DNA of 63,153 nt, filler included, from Basidiobolus meristosporus CBS 931.73 (taxonomy: Eukaryota; Fungi; Basidiobolomycota): assembly GCA_002104905.1 (NCBI GenBank). It is 3 parts of 3 records of this genome, joined end to end, with 100 filler letters (N's around TTAATTAATTAA, not from the genome) between each part and the next. Parts side by side here need not be neighbours in the genome. Positions count along the whole stretch, not along the records: positions 1 to 31,036 come from MCFE01000842.1; positions 31,137 to 54,740 come from MCFE01000964.1; 1 more part is not named here. The stretch is one strand, 5' to 3'. This document shows positions 27,701-40,041 of this stretch, one piece after another; the first letter of the stretch is position 1; the number at the start of each line of letters is the position of its first letter. Position numbers and translations under genes: made by a program. Below the pieces are notes generated by a model. That model did no database searches and was not told the DNA's origin. It worked only from the letters and a program-made list of their open reading frames with translations.

Positions 27701-29068
27701 TCCAAGCCAGATAGAGCAAATTCAGTTCTATTAGGTCATTATGTTGATGATCATATTATAGCCACCCATAACCTACAAACACTGGAAGAGACTAAGTCAA
27801 GCCTATTTAAAGAGACCAAGATATCTGATCTTGGAGAACCCAGTTACAGCTTAGGGATAAAGTTCTTCATAAACAAAATTACCCAGACCATAACCCTAAG
27901 CTAGTCCAAGTATATTCATGATATAATAAAGTTGTACCATATGGAAGACTGCAAATTGGCAGCTACCCTAATCAAGACAAACCTCAACTTGATCAAAACC
28001 CAACTAAGTCATGAGAGCTTTATGCCATCTGAGAGCCCTGAGCTTCCTTACCAGTGTATGGCTGGTAGTTGAATGTGTTTCATACTGGGAACATGTTCAG
28101 GTATATCATATTCAGTGGGGGCTGTCAACATGCATAATCAGCACTATGGATCTGATCATGTTGCAGCTGTTGAGCCAATTTTTGGATACCTAAAAGGAAC
28201 TGCTGATATCTGCACAAGACACACTCATAAGGACTAAGGGCAGGATCTTATGGGAAACTGTTATGCTGATTGGGGATGAAATTTAGAACATACAAGATCC
28301 ACCACAGTAAACACCTTTGTTTACTTTTAAGGAGCAATTTCATGGAATTCAAGAAAGCAACCAGCTGTAGCACTTGCTACCACAGAGGAAGAGTATATGG
28401 CGGCCTGTGAGGCTACAAAAGCAACAATGTGGCCAAGGGAGCTATTTAAAGATTTAGGCTTAAGTGAAACAGTGCCTATTACTTTATTTCAAGATAATCA
28501 AGGATATATACAATTAGGTAGAAATCTAACTTTTCAAGCTAGAACCAAGCATAAAGATATTAGACATTGCTTCATACATAAAGCTATTGAGAGTAACTTG
28601 GTTAACTTAGCATACTGTCCTACAGATCAAACAATTGCAGGCATATTCACCAAACCATTAGCTAGTATCATGTCTAAATATCTTAGGTCAAAACTGGGAC
28701 TAGTCAGTATGAGCATTTAGTTAAGTGGGAGTGTTGTAAGAGCTTGTAATTCCACCTAAATATTCTCCTAACTTAGTCACTTAGATCACTACCTTCAAGT
28801 CCTAGAGATTCCTGATCTAATTCCTTGTCAGGATTTACTTAGAATATTTTCACCAAAATATTAGGTACCAAGAAAATCAAAATTCTCAAAGCTGTCCAAA
28901 AGCCACAAACTTTGCACACATGTTCTTGTGGCCTTCCTTAATCTATTCTATGTGCTTGTGATACCGAGGCCATATAAAAATATAAATATTACTTTTACAT
29001 TTAATAAATCATTAACTGACAATACAAGATCTGTATGCTCTCCCAATCACTTTACAGATCTCCAAGAC
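24787..29068 (+). mobile_element. Degenerate Ty1/copia element, family H, both LTRs (24787-25134; 28732-29068 truncated)
   Basis: PBS GGTTCTGGGTCC; gag LDGSNYQVCKVKMKMLLQERGLW; protease WYIDTGVSQH; LWHRRLGH...CEACIYGKQ; RT YGLRQS/YVDD; RNase H; PPT TTAAGTGGGAG; integrase core deleted; foreign segment near 26000-26690. Confidence 0.9.
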
Positions 29069-29074
29069 AATCTG

Positions 29075-29635
29075 TAATACTAGTGCAGCTATTTGAGCTG
29101 TGTTGCACTTACCCAGTTGGTTGTGTGCTGGCTACAATACCTAGTCCAATCACTAAAATCAGGGATTTACTTGCTTAATAGGCAAAATGGCATATATGAT
29201 GACAAATCAGGTGGCTTGTGAATTGGTCAATGAGCCAATTGGGGGCTCACAGCTTCACAATACTTTTAGGCCAATTAATTGCTGACATGCTGTCTGGTTA
29301 GAGCAATGGTAACTAATCTGGTAAGTATTAGTGAAGTTTACAGTGTAATATGCATTTATTCCCATTCATATTCAAGAAATATATCTAAATACCAGATATA
29401 TCTACCATAATGATGATATCTCATTGCGCATGTGACTAAAGCATTTGAAAGTGACACAATCATCCAGGCAAATCCCATTGTGTCAGATTAGGCTATAGTG
29501 TGCAAGAATGTTCCACAAGTGGTGAAATTGTCCAAGAGGAATTCTGTCTTCTGGTAGCTAAAGCATTGCACCAGATTGTTCTTAATGACTGAAGATTGTG
29601 CTGCATGCCCTGGCACGGTACAATGTAACCAGTCT
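29075..29635 (-). mobile_element. Family D left-end remnant, inverted
   Basis: Reverse complement starts AGACTGGTTACATTGTACCGTGCCAGGG and is colinear with the left ~600 bp of family D. Confidence 0.85.
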
Positions 29636-29639
29636 GTTA

Positions 29640-31036
29640 TGTACTAATCCTCAGATTGTTAAATAATGCTCCAGAATGCTAGTAGACTCTCCTTACTTGG
29701 TGTTACTGCTGTATTGCTTCTGAAAAGTATGAATACTGAGCTTCTTAATGAATAAACAGCAGCTCATCTATTAGCACTATTTCTGGATAGGATCCTCATA
29801 TCCAAATCACTACTTAAGTTACAACAGGTTATGAGCACCAGTTGACAAATTAATTCCAAATACAAGATCTACTAGTATACAGAACAGTACAAACATCTTC
29901 TCTGTAAAGGAGAGGTCTGATGGGACAACTACAGACTTGGGGAATCAAGATGCAGATCCTCCTTGAGGAAAGAAAGCTTTAGAGTACAGTAACAGGATTG
30001 AAAGTTGCGCCTAAAAGAACAGCATACAAAGTTGACAGGCTCAAGGGAAGAAGAGAAAAGTGTTTAATGCTATAAGTATTAATTTGCCAGACCCCTTCAT
30101 TGGACAAACTCATGCTTCCAATTCTGCCAAAGCAGCTTGGAAATCCTTAGAGAAGATCTATAGAGCAGAGTCAGTATCAAACCAGCTTTATTTAAAAAGA
30201 AAGTTCTTCACTATAAGGAAGAAGCCGGAGGATGGCATACTACAGCTTGTACCAGAATGGAAACACTTGCAGAGTAGCTATACAGTACACAAACTGGGTG
30301 TGAATTGAAGGTGCTTCATAGTGACAATGAAGGGAAATGCTGCTCTAAGAAGCTTGCAATGTGCTGTTGTACTACTGGCATACTTCAACATACCACTGTT
30401 CCACCTACTCCACAGCAAAATGGACTAAATTCAGAAGCTGATCAACAGCAGGGAGATTGTATTTGAAAAGAATTCAGATGAGAAAGCCACCAGTATCATT
30501 GGTCAGCTACCTGATGATTCAATTACTATTAATGAAGAAGAAAGGCACCCAATGCAGTCATTTACAGAAGAGAACTCTTCCAGTCCCAGATCAGAATGGA
30601 CTGAATCAGTTAGTAGATCTACTTGAATAAGCAATGCCCCTGGATCTTAGAGGCAGACATCTTATGAGCCTGAAGAAGCTTATCTTGCCATATGTGCTAA
30701 ACCTCAGAATATGGAACAAGCAATGAAAAGTCCAGATGCTACAATGTTGCAACAAGCTGTGCAGGTGGAGTACATTCACTGATCAAAGTAAAACATGGGA
30801 ACTTGTAGACTTGCTAAATGAAAGAAAGCTAGTAGGATGTAGATGAGTCTATAAGATCAAGATAAAATTTAGTGGCACTATTGATGAGTACAAAGTTAGA
30901 TTGGTCGCAAATGGCTATTCAGATCTAAGGACTAGACTTTAAGGAACCAATTGATACAGCAGCCAAATTCAGCTCTATTAGGACAGTTCTTGCCTTGGCA
31001 GCTGTACACAGTTTAAATTTATGCTAAATAGAAATC
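29640..31036 (+). mobile_element. Degenerate, internally deleted copia element, family C
   Basis: LTR end at 29826; PBS GGTTATGAGCACC; gag, integrase TPQQNG and start of RT; cut by the gap. Confidence 0.85.
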
Positions 31037-31136
31037 NNNNNNNNNNNNNNNNNNNNNNNNNNNNNNNNNNNNNNNNNNNNTTAATTAATTAANNNNNNNN
31101 NNNNNNNNNNNNNNNNNNNNNNNNNNNNNNNNNNNN
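31037..31136. other. Artificial contig spacer 44N-TTAATTAATTAA-44N
   Basis: Exactly 100 nt; the 12-mer places stops in all six frames; same construct at 54741. Confidence 0.95.
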
Positions 31137-31973
31137 ACAGTAGCAAGGTGACCAGATCATCGATATCCCAGCGGACGAGGTTGGGAGCCGTGTTATGTCC
31201 CAGCAGCTCTCGAGAACTCATCGAAATTTCCGGCGCCCTCTGAACGCCCACAATATCGGGTACGGAGGTAAGGAAAAACCCCTGTGCTGGATGACAAGGC
31301 ATACCAGGTGTGGGGTAACGAATGGGTGGCTGACAGGTTCCACGGGTGTGGGGTGCGATTGGGTGGTTGAAAATCTCCCCTACCCACGAGCTACATCCCA
31401 TACATGTCTTGCCTCAAGGCCCAGGAACCATTTCTCCAGGTCCGGAATGGCCCAGGAGCACCACAATTCGATTGGCCCTCCGCCGAATATGGATCGTATC
31501 ATCTGTACCTTGTGTAAAGGTTGGCTGCAGGCACCATCCTCCATATCGTGGTGAATCGAGCCGCTCAGCAATACAAATGATTGCTCATCTCCACTGGGCG
31601 TTCGTGAATACCAATCGCCCCGATCCTGCCGAATGGGGTGGCGCACGATACCACGCTCGCCGAAAAGCCTGGCCAGTCACCGGTTGCGATGGATGAATTT
31701 GGCACCTGGCGGTTGGAAAGTTGTGAGTCATAGGCTAGGGGATTGCGTTGGAAAATCCGGCATCGACCTGGAACTCTGCTTGGGTGGGAGCCTGATTATT
31801 GCTCAGCACAGCTGGAGTGCCCAACATGATGGGAGGTTTCAAACTTGCTTCTATATAAAACTGGAATTCCTCAATCATTGCAAATCACTGATATGCTGTC
31901 TGAGGGCCGTTTAGTGCCTCTTATACTGTTTGGAGCTCACGAACATGGTCAGCATTAGTCTAGGCTAAGTTTG

Positions 31974-32468
31974 TGTTGGAAGAGTTTAGAAGATATCGGA
32001 AGTGATTGGTAGAACAAGTAGATTATGTGGTTTTCACCAAATGATTTATTGAGTGTAAAAGTGGTATTTATACTTTTACATGGTGTTGGCAAAACTAGCA
32101 CATGGAGTATGTCTAGGAAGGACCCAAGAGCATGCATGTGCAAAGGTTGGGGTGGTTTGGACAACTTTGACAAACTTTATGTTCTGGGTATGTGATATTT
32201 TGGTGAAAATACATCAAGTAGGTCCCATCAAGAGATCTGGTCAGAATTCTGTAAGATTTGTAGGTAACAATCCAAGTGACTGGGTTAGGAGAGTATTTAG
32301 GTGTAATTACACAATCCACAACACTCCCACTCAACTAAATATTTGTATTAACTAGTCCTAGTTGTGAACTAAGATATTCAAATTTGTCTTTGGCTAATAG
32401 TTTAGTTAATATGTCCACAATCATTTCATCTGATGTATAGTAGACTAGCTTAACTGAGTTACTCTCTA
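31974..32468 (-). mobile_element. Family H-like 3' LTR (31974-32323) with PPT and RNase H tail
   Basis: PPT (reverse complement) CTCCCACTCAAC after 32323; tail similar to 33110-33250. Confidence 0.8.
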
Positions 32469-32740
32469 TGTTGTAAATCCTATAATCACACATAAATACT
32501 CTCCTAACCCAGTCACTTGGATTGTTGCCTACAAATCTTACAGAAGTCTGACCAAATTCCTTCCCAGCATTTACCTAAAATATTTCAACAAAATATCAGG
32601 GACTCATAACATGAAGTTTCTCAAAGTAGTCAAAATAACCTCAAACTTTGGTCACATGCTCTTGGGACATTGCTAAGTATTCTACATGTTTGTTTTGCCA
32701 AGATCGGGCAAAAGTACAAATACTATTTTATCATTCAAGA
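32469..32740 (+). repeat. Partial family H-like LTR
   Basis: Starts TGTTGTAAA; reverse-complement similarity to 31974-32323. Confidence 0.7.
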
Positions 32741-32749
32741 AGTTGTTAA

Positions 32750-34125
32750 TGTTGTAAGAGTCTTGGAGATATTGGAAGTGATTGGGAGAACAAGTAGATT
32801 ATGTGGTTTTCACCCAATGATTTATTGAATGTAAAAGTAGTATTTATACTTTTACATAGTCTTGGCATTAATGACACATAGAATTGGTTAGGGATGATTC
32901 CAAGAACATGTGTGCAAAGTTTGAGGCTGTTTGGACAACTTCGCAAATTTTCATGTTCTGGGTACCTGGTATTTTGGTGAAAATATTCCAAGTAAATCCC
33001 AACTTGGAATTTGGTCAGTATTCTCTAGGATTTGAAGGTAATGATCTAAGTGACTAAGTTAGGTGAGTATTTAGGTGGAAATACAAATTTTACAACACTC
33101 CCACTCAGCTAAACGTTCATACTGACTAGTCCTAATTTTGACCTAAGATATTCAAACTTGTCTCTAGCTAATGGTTTGGTAAATATGTCTACAATCATTT
33201 CATCTGTAGGACAGTCAACTAGGCCAACTAAGTTATTCTCTATAGCTTCACATATGAAATGATGTCTAATATCTATGTGCTTGGTTCTAGCATGAAAAGT
33301 TGGATTTCTACCTAATTGTATACATCCTTGATTATCTTGAAATAAAGTAATAGGTATTTTTTGACATAGGCCTAAATCTGTAAAAAGCTTTCTTAACCAC
33401 ATTGCTTCTTTTGTAGCTCCACAGGCCGCCATATACTCTACCTCTGTGGTAGAAATAGCTACGGTTGGTTGCTTTTGTGAATTCCATGAAATTGCTCCTT
33501 GACAGTAAAGAAAGGTGTATCCTGTGGTGGATCTTCTGTCTTCTGAGTTTTGTCCCCAATCAGCATCAGAGTATCCCACAAGATCCTTTTCTGATTTCTT
33601 ATATGTGTATCTTAAGCAGATATCAGTAGCTCCTTTTAGGTATCTGAAAATCCATTTAACTGCTGCAATATGATCAGATCCATAGTACTGATTATGTTGG
33701 CTGACAACTCCCACTGAATATGAGATATCTGGACATGTTCCAAGCATGATATATGTCAGACTGGCAATTACGGATTGCTAAGGAAAGCCAGGGCTTTCAG
33801 ATGGCACCAAGCACTCTTGATTTGGTGGAGTTTTGACCAAGTTAAGGTTTGTCTCCATTGGGGTAGCTGCCAGTTTACAGTCTTCCATTTGGTACTTCTT
33901 TAGTATATCTTGAATATACTTAGATTGGCTTAGGGTAATAGTCTGGGTGCTTCTGTCTATGGAGAACTTAATTCCAAAGTAGTAACTGAGTTTCCTAGAT
34001 TGGACATCTTGAACTCCTTACAGAGGCTAGATTTAGTCTCTTCAAATGTTTCTAGGTTATTGGTGGCTATAATAAGATCATCCACATATAGAGCAAATAG
34101 AGCTGGATTTGATCTATATGGCTTA
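32750..34125 (-). mobile_element. 3' part of a copia element, family H (LTR 32750-33097, RNase H and RT end 33109-34125)
   Basis: 212-aa ORF with GYSDADWG, SQKQPTVAISTTEVEY, DNQGCI, HARTKHIDIRHHF, DIFTKPL; PPT GCTGAGTGGGAG. Confidence 0.95.
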
Positions 34126-37100
34126 TGTGAGTACTAAATGCAGTACCCACTCTTTGCTCAAGAGTTCTCCCCAGAGTCCTACCCAAAGTCCCCCAGTATC
34201 CTCCCTATGAATCCCCCACGCACCCTCCCTCCAATCCATAACACATTGTCTATTATCTAAGCCCCCTAAGTGATATATATATGTACCCAATTGAACCAAG
34301 ACAAGGATTTTGGGACAAAATAAACACAAGTCTTTATTGATGTAAGAGTCTTGGAGATATTGGAAGTGATTGGCAGAACAAGTAGATTATGTGGTTTTCA
34401 CTTAATGATTTATTGAATGTAAAAGTAGTATTTATACTTTTACCTGGTCTTGGCATCACAAGCATGTAAAATAGGTTAAGGAAGGTCCCAAGAACATGTG
34501 TGCAAAGTTTGAGGCTGTTTGGACAACTTTGAGAATTTTCATGCTCTGGGTACCTGGTATTTTGGTGAAAGTATTCCAAGTAAATCCCAACAAGGAATTT
34601 GGTCAGTATTCTCTAGGATTTGAAGGTAATGATCTAAGTGACTAAGTTAGGTGAATATTTAGGTGGAAATACAAATTTTTACAACATTTATTACCTTGCT
34701 ACCTTCTATTGGAAGCTATTCTGAACCAAGTGGTACTGACTTGACCTACAAGCTCTCCCACTCACCAAGTACAGTCAGTAATAACCCACATATTTAGTGC
34801 CATCTCTGTGGAAATAAGCACAAGTGAGGTAATGACTACTACAATCAAACTAAAAACATACAAGGGAAAGAGAGAGAAAGCCCTTGAGTGGTTTGATAAG
34901 TTTGAGAGAGTTGCGGTTGATGCAGGATGGGACAACAATAAGAAAGTGAGGGAGTTTGCAAGACATATGGAAGGGTCAGCATGGGATGGCATTATGGGTT
35001 GGAAGACGCAGTTAAAGATGACAGGGATGCACTAGAAGAAGCCTACAAGACACACTTTCTATATGCCAACGGATACCACTACAAAGCCCTTCTACTGTCC
35101 TCACAGAAGAAAAGCAGTGAGAGCTATGAAGCCTACACTGAACTGTGTCTCCAACAAGTTTGATGTCTCCCAAAGGACAAAATTGCCAAACAACAGCTCA
35201 TGAGGTATTACATCATGGGCTTAGATGACAAAATAAGACATAATGCATCCAAAGAGCAACAGGGATGTAAAATGCTGCAAGAGTTGGTCAAACAAGTACA
35301 AGGGGCCATCTTCTATGGGGGCTACCCTGTAGTGATACAAATGATTGAAGGACAGGGATCCCCTGTAAGAAAGAAAAAATTGCCTCCCCAAAGACCGTGA
35401 GTTAGAGGAATTATGGCAAAAGGTCCAAGAACTCTCAATCAACAATGTGCAAGAAGTCCCCAAACAAGGTGATAAACTCTGGGAAGCTGTTATAGATTTA
35501 AAGGCCCAGGTACAAGCCCTGATCAAACAGATGGAACAATCACAACATCAATACCCGTGTTATATATGTGAAGAGGTAGGCCATCAAGCCCACAAATGTG
35601 AAAAACAGTACGGACAAGAACCTGTACAAGACACAAAAGAGAAGAAGGCATCAAAAGACAGAGTCCCTTGCCAGGAGGCCAATGGGAACTTGATAATACA
35701 CCAAGATGTTGTGGTTCTACCCATTGCAGCCAATAACTTACTCATTGGCAAGAGTTGGTTTATCCAACATAAGATGGATATACTTTACAGTGCATCTGAA
35801 CTCAGGTGGGACACCAAGAGTATCCCACTGATTCATATCACCAATGAGAGCAAGACACATAGCAACAGTGTGACAATCAAAGAAGTGAAACCGTTGCAAT
35901 CTCCAATCATCACCTAAAAGGTGATAAAAATACCACCAACAGTGAGACAGTGACCTCATTATAGACACCAATTGCTTATTTGACAAGCAGAAGAATGATA
36001 ACCGCAGCAAAGGCATCCAAGCAACTGGAAGGAATCTTGATCCCTAAAGTATGGATACCACCAAAATTTGAAACACAAAGTTTGAAGTGCTTAGTGGTTA
36101 ACAATGGGCAACTCACGGTGACATTGCCTAGAGGAGTGCCATTGTTAAACCTAAAGGAAGTTGACGGAAACAACCAAGGTCCACCTACAAACAAGGAACC
36201 AGAAGAAGAACTCTCCAAACTAGATGTGGACCTTGGTCTACCACCTGCATTACAGACAAGTTCCTAGAAGGAATATGCCTGCTTGCCCAAGTATTCTCTA
36301 AGAACCAGGTAATTGGTCATATACCTGGGGTACATCACCAAATCCACCTTGCCAATGAATACCCCATCAAGCAAAAAGCCTATAGGAACTCATAAATTGA
36401 CACAGACTATATCACAGAAACAATTGAAACTTTATTGAAAGACAACATCATTACAGCAAGCCAGTCTCCATGTAGTGATAGTCCCAAAGAAAGACAGAAA
36501 GCAACATTTTTGCATTGACTACCAAAAATTGTATGCCATCACCTGGAAGGAAGTGTATCCACTACCGCAAATAGACAACCTGTTGGACAGATTGATTGGA
36601 GCTAAATGTTTTAGCTCTCTTGACTTAATCTCCAGGTATTGGCAAGTAGAAGTGGCCCCAGAAGATTGACCCAAAACCGCATTTATAACTTTGTTTGAAT
36701 TGTATGAATGAAACCATGAAACTAGGAAATCTACAATGGGAATGCGCTCTTGTGTATCTGGACAACACCACAACATATTCCCCTGATGTAGAAGAACATA
36801 TACACAACATGCAACGTATCCTGACAGCCCTCCTTGAAAACCAACTCAAACTACATCCCAAGAAGCGCCATTTCCTGTATACAAAATTGTTCTTCCTGGG
36901 CCACAAGATCTTGGCAGATGGAATATACCAATCTACTTCATTCCTGAATGCTGTTCAAGATACACCCACACCAAAGGATATTAATGCAATGTTGGGATTC
37001 CTAGGATTAGCTGGCTACTAATGCCGCTTTGTCAAAAACTTTGCAACAATAGCAGCACCCCTATACAGATTGACGCAAAAAGGCCAATGTTTTGTATAGT

Positions 37101-38035
37101 TGGAGCCTCAAAAGAGAGCATTTGATCAGCTGAAACAATCCCTGACGTCACTGCCAGTGTTATGTTTTCCCAATTGGGATCCAAGACTTCTTGTTAACTG
37201 TGATGGAAGTCTCACTGGTATAGGCGCCGTGCTGGGACAATATCACCAAGCCAGCAAATTTCACCCAATTGGTTACGTGTGCCATTTGCTAAACAAACAC
37301 AAATGTCACTACCCTTTTACCAAGATAGAATGTCTGGCTGTTGTTTATTTAATTAAACAATCCCATACATACATATATGGTTGCCAATTCATGATAGTAA
37401 CAGACCACAGCACACTGGTCTGGCTGATGAAAACTAAAGACTTTACCAGTCAACTAGCATGATGGGCCCTCTGATTACAAGAATACAACTTTGAAATAAT
37501 TCATTGTAATGACAAAAAACACCAAGATGCAGACTTCCTCAGTTGCTATCCCATTTGCCAGGCACATGCCAGCCAGGACTACAAAGATGTAATCTGCTTT
37601 AAAAGAAGAGGGAAGTATCCCAACATATTGTTACAAACAAGCAGAAGAGAGACTTTCAAAAAAAATGGTGTCAGTACAAAGTACAAGAAAACCAATTATG
37701 GTTCCTCCAAGGACAGTTCAGAGTTGAGGTACCCCCAGTAACTGCCTGCAGAGAAATCATACAAGAAAGACATATGTCATTAGGACACACTAACCCCCTA
37801 ACAACATACAAGATGTTAAGAAAGACATTTTGTTGGAAAAAAATGATGACCAACGTTGTGAATATGCTACAAAGATGCTCCACCTGCAAAAGATTTAACC
37901 GGAGTCAGAAGATAGGGACAACTGCACCAATACCTCTTGACCTACCCTTCCACCGGGTAGGGATTCACTTTGTTGGCCCATTTTTGAAAACAAAGAAAGG
38001 AGAACAATTCATAATAATTGCTACCAATTATTTCT
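34126..38035 (+). mobile_element. Degenerate Ty3/gypsy element J (probable 5' LTR, gag, RT, RNase H, truncated integrase)
   Basis: gag EWFDKFERVAVDAGW; knuckle CYICEEVGHQAHKC; RT FCIDYQKL...YPLPQID...FSSLDL, VYLDN; RNase H CDGSLTGIGAVL, TDHSTL; integrase GH...CSTC, RVGIHFVGP; LTR boundaries approximate. Confidence 0.9.
34338..34686 (-). mobile_element. Solo LTR, family H, TSD TTTAT
   Basis: TTTAT at 34333-34337 and 34687-34691; 349 bp; near-identical to 32750-33097. Confidence 0.92.
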
Positions 38036-40041
38036 ATAGAAAGCATATGGAAAGTGCCAAGGACAATAGTTTGCCCAAAACTGGCAATACCCCTCCCACC
38101 AGCAAGAACCAAGATGATATCAAAAACAAAACCAACCTTCAAGTGTTGAGAGATATGGTACAAGCACTACATGCAACAGGAGCCACCTATGAAGAGTTGT
38201 TTGCTGGAGCAGTCATGTTGATACAAGACACAATCAGAGAGGGACAAGACAAGTTACCCACACCAATACAAAGCATGGAGATACTACCTGAGAAGACCGT
38301 GTACCACCTAGGAGGAGGTTCCTTGATCATTAAGGAGAAGGACACTGCACTGATTCCTGTATCAATACTGGACACAGTCAGACAGAAGACACAAGGAACC
38401 AACTGTTGCGCCCTCACAAGACCTTGAGAGCCCCCCTGTTTTGTTGCATACTTGCCATTAATAGGTACCATGGTTGTTGAGGTATACACAGACCTGGTAC
38501 AAGCCGCAAGAGCACCAGAAGTAGAACTCCTAATCAAAGGACTCCTCCAAGAAATTTGCAAAAATCTCAAACCGCATATCCAAGAAGGAAACATCTTAGA
38601 GAAGATACTCAAATGGATTAAATACACCGGCCAGTTATCCCATGCAATCCACCAAGTTGCTGTGTTACAGCTATTACAGTGGTTTACCATAGGACAGCTC
38701 AGGAACCAGCACAAAGTCCAACTCCAAGAAGCCAAAGAAACTGCCGCAGACTCTGTAGAAACCATGAGGCAAGTACAAAAGCACCTTGATTGCACCACAG
38801 TTTCTACGGAAGAACTACAATATGTCTTGGAAGAAGCAAAAACTTGTTATTGACAATGGGTGACTGCCAACCAAGTGTACACTGTAGTGGGGTGACAGCA
38901 ACACCCACTGACAGATGTGCTCATTCCCTTATTTTCTACTTCCCCATATCTCTACTGCATTTATTTTAGTTTTATCCCATTTGTCTTATCCAATCAGTAC
39001 TATCCCATAAGCTGGTTGACTATCACACCTGCTTACCTTTTTGCATAAGTTACCCCTCACTTTATGTAAGATTACTAGCTATAAGTACTTCTATATTAGG
39101 CAAGTACCCGTGCCAGTACCTGTGACACATGATCAACCCGTGACACCATCCCTACCATTCCATTCCATATATGGTATCCCCATGTTACATAGGTTTCAGA
39201 ATACTATTTCCTGATTGGTTGGATGTGCTGTGCCTCTTAGAACCTTCCGGCACCTACTTAGAACATTCTTAGGTCATTCTGATGTCATTAAGATTTCTAT
39301 TGATATTTGGAACCTTCTGGAACACCATGATTAGTAATCACTTAGCCAGTAAGAAAAGTATATAAGGGAGGCTATCCCTCAACATTAAATCATCATCCCT
39401 TTTATCAATATACCAACTTGTTGATTAGTGTGATCACTGCTACCTGCTGCTACCTGAACTTCCAACCCCAGGCCACAGGACACTCCCAGGAAACCGCGCT
39501 GACAGCCAACTAATCTTGGAGGCACTACTTGTGAGGAATACTCAGAGTAGGTATCTTTTATTATATTTGATTCTGTCCCAAGTTTGTTCTTGTACTGCCA
39601 AAGATACTTTTCTGTCTTTGCAACTATTGACCACAGCTGCATTCTTATCAAGTCCCTGCAGGTGGAGTTCACAGTTGTTGTGACTTTGGAAGCTTTAGTA
39701 CATTGTCATCTCAAAGGATGCTGAACCCAGCACATACTTTTGTTAAGATGCCAACTAAGTTGGGGATTGTAGCTCAATAGTTTTCCCTTGACAAGCTTAT
39801 GGCTTTATTGCCCTTCACATTAGATTGGAGACAGAACCCAAGTATTCCTAGCAAGCTTTTGCCAGAGGTTATTGCACCCAGTGAACATCCCACACACAAA
39901 ACACTTGAGAAGTGTTGGACGTATCTCTCCCTTGGACTAATACACCACCACAATGCCCTCTTCAAAAGGTCCCCTGCCATCATATTGAATACAAAAAGGA
40001 CAAGCACCAACAAATTTTGCAAGATAAAGAAGCAAGACTTT
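38036..40041 (+). pseudogene. Unknown decayed ORF interrupted by a family F solo LTR
   Basis: Frame continuous across 37774-38427 and 38452-38853, and continues after removing 38883-39952 plus one TSD (...NQVYTPSSKG...); no domain recognised. Confidence 0.45.
38883..39952 (+). mobile_element. Solo LTR, family F (1070 bp)
   Basis: TGTAGTGGGG...CACCACCACA imperfect inverted termini; colinear with 53305-54373; orientation inferred from TATATAAG near 39360. Confidence 0.9.

Noticed and set aside
31081-31092. Palindromic TTAATTAATTAA (also 54785-54796) as a regulatory site, and the ORF 31081-31401 running into it
   Set aside because: Centred in identical 44N flanks; a synthetic six-frame-stop spacer.
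37774-38427. Functional integrase fusion protein
   Set aside because: The integrase catalytic core is truncated and the upstream pol is full of stops.
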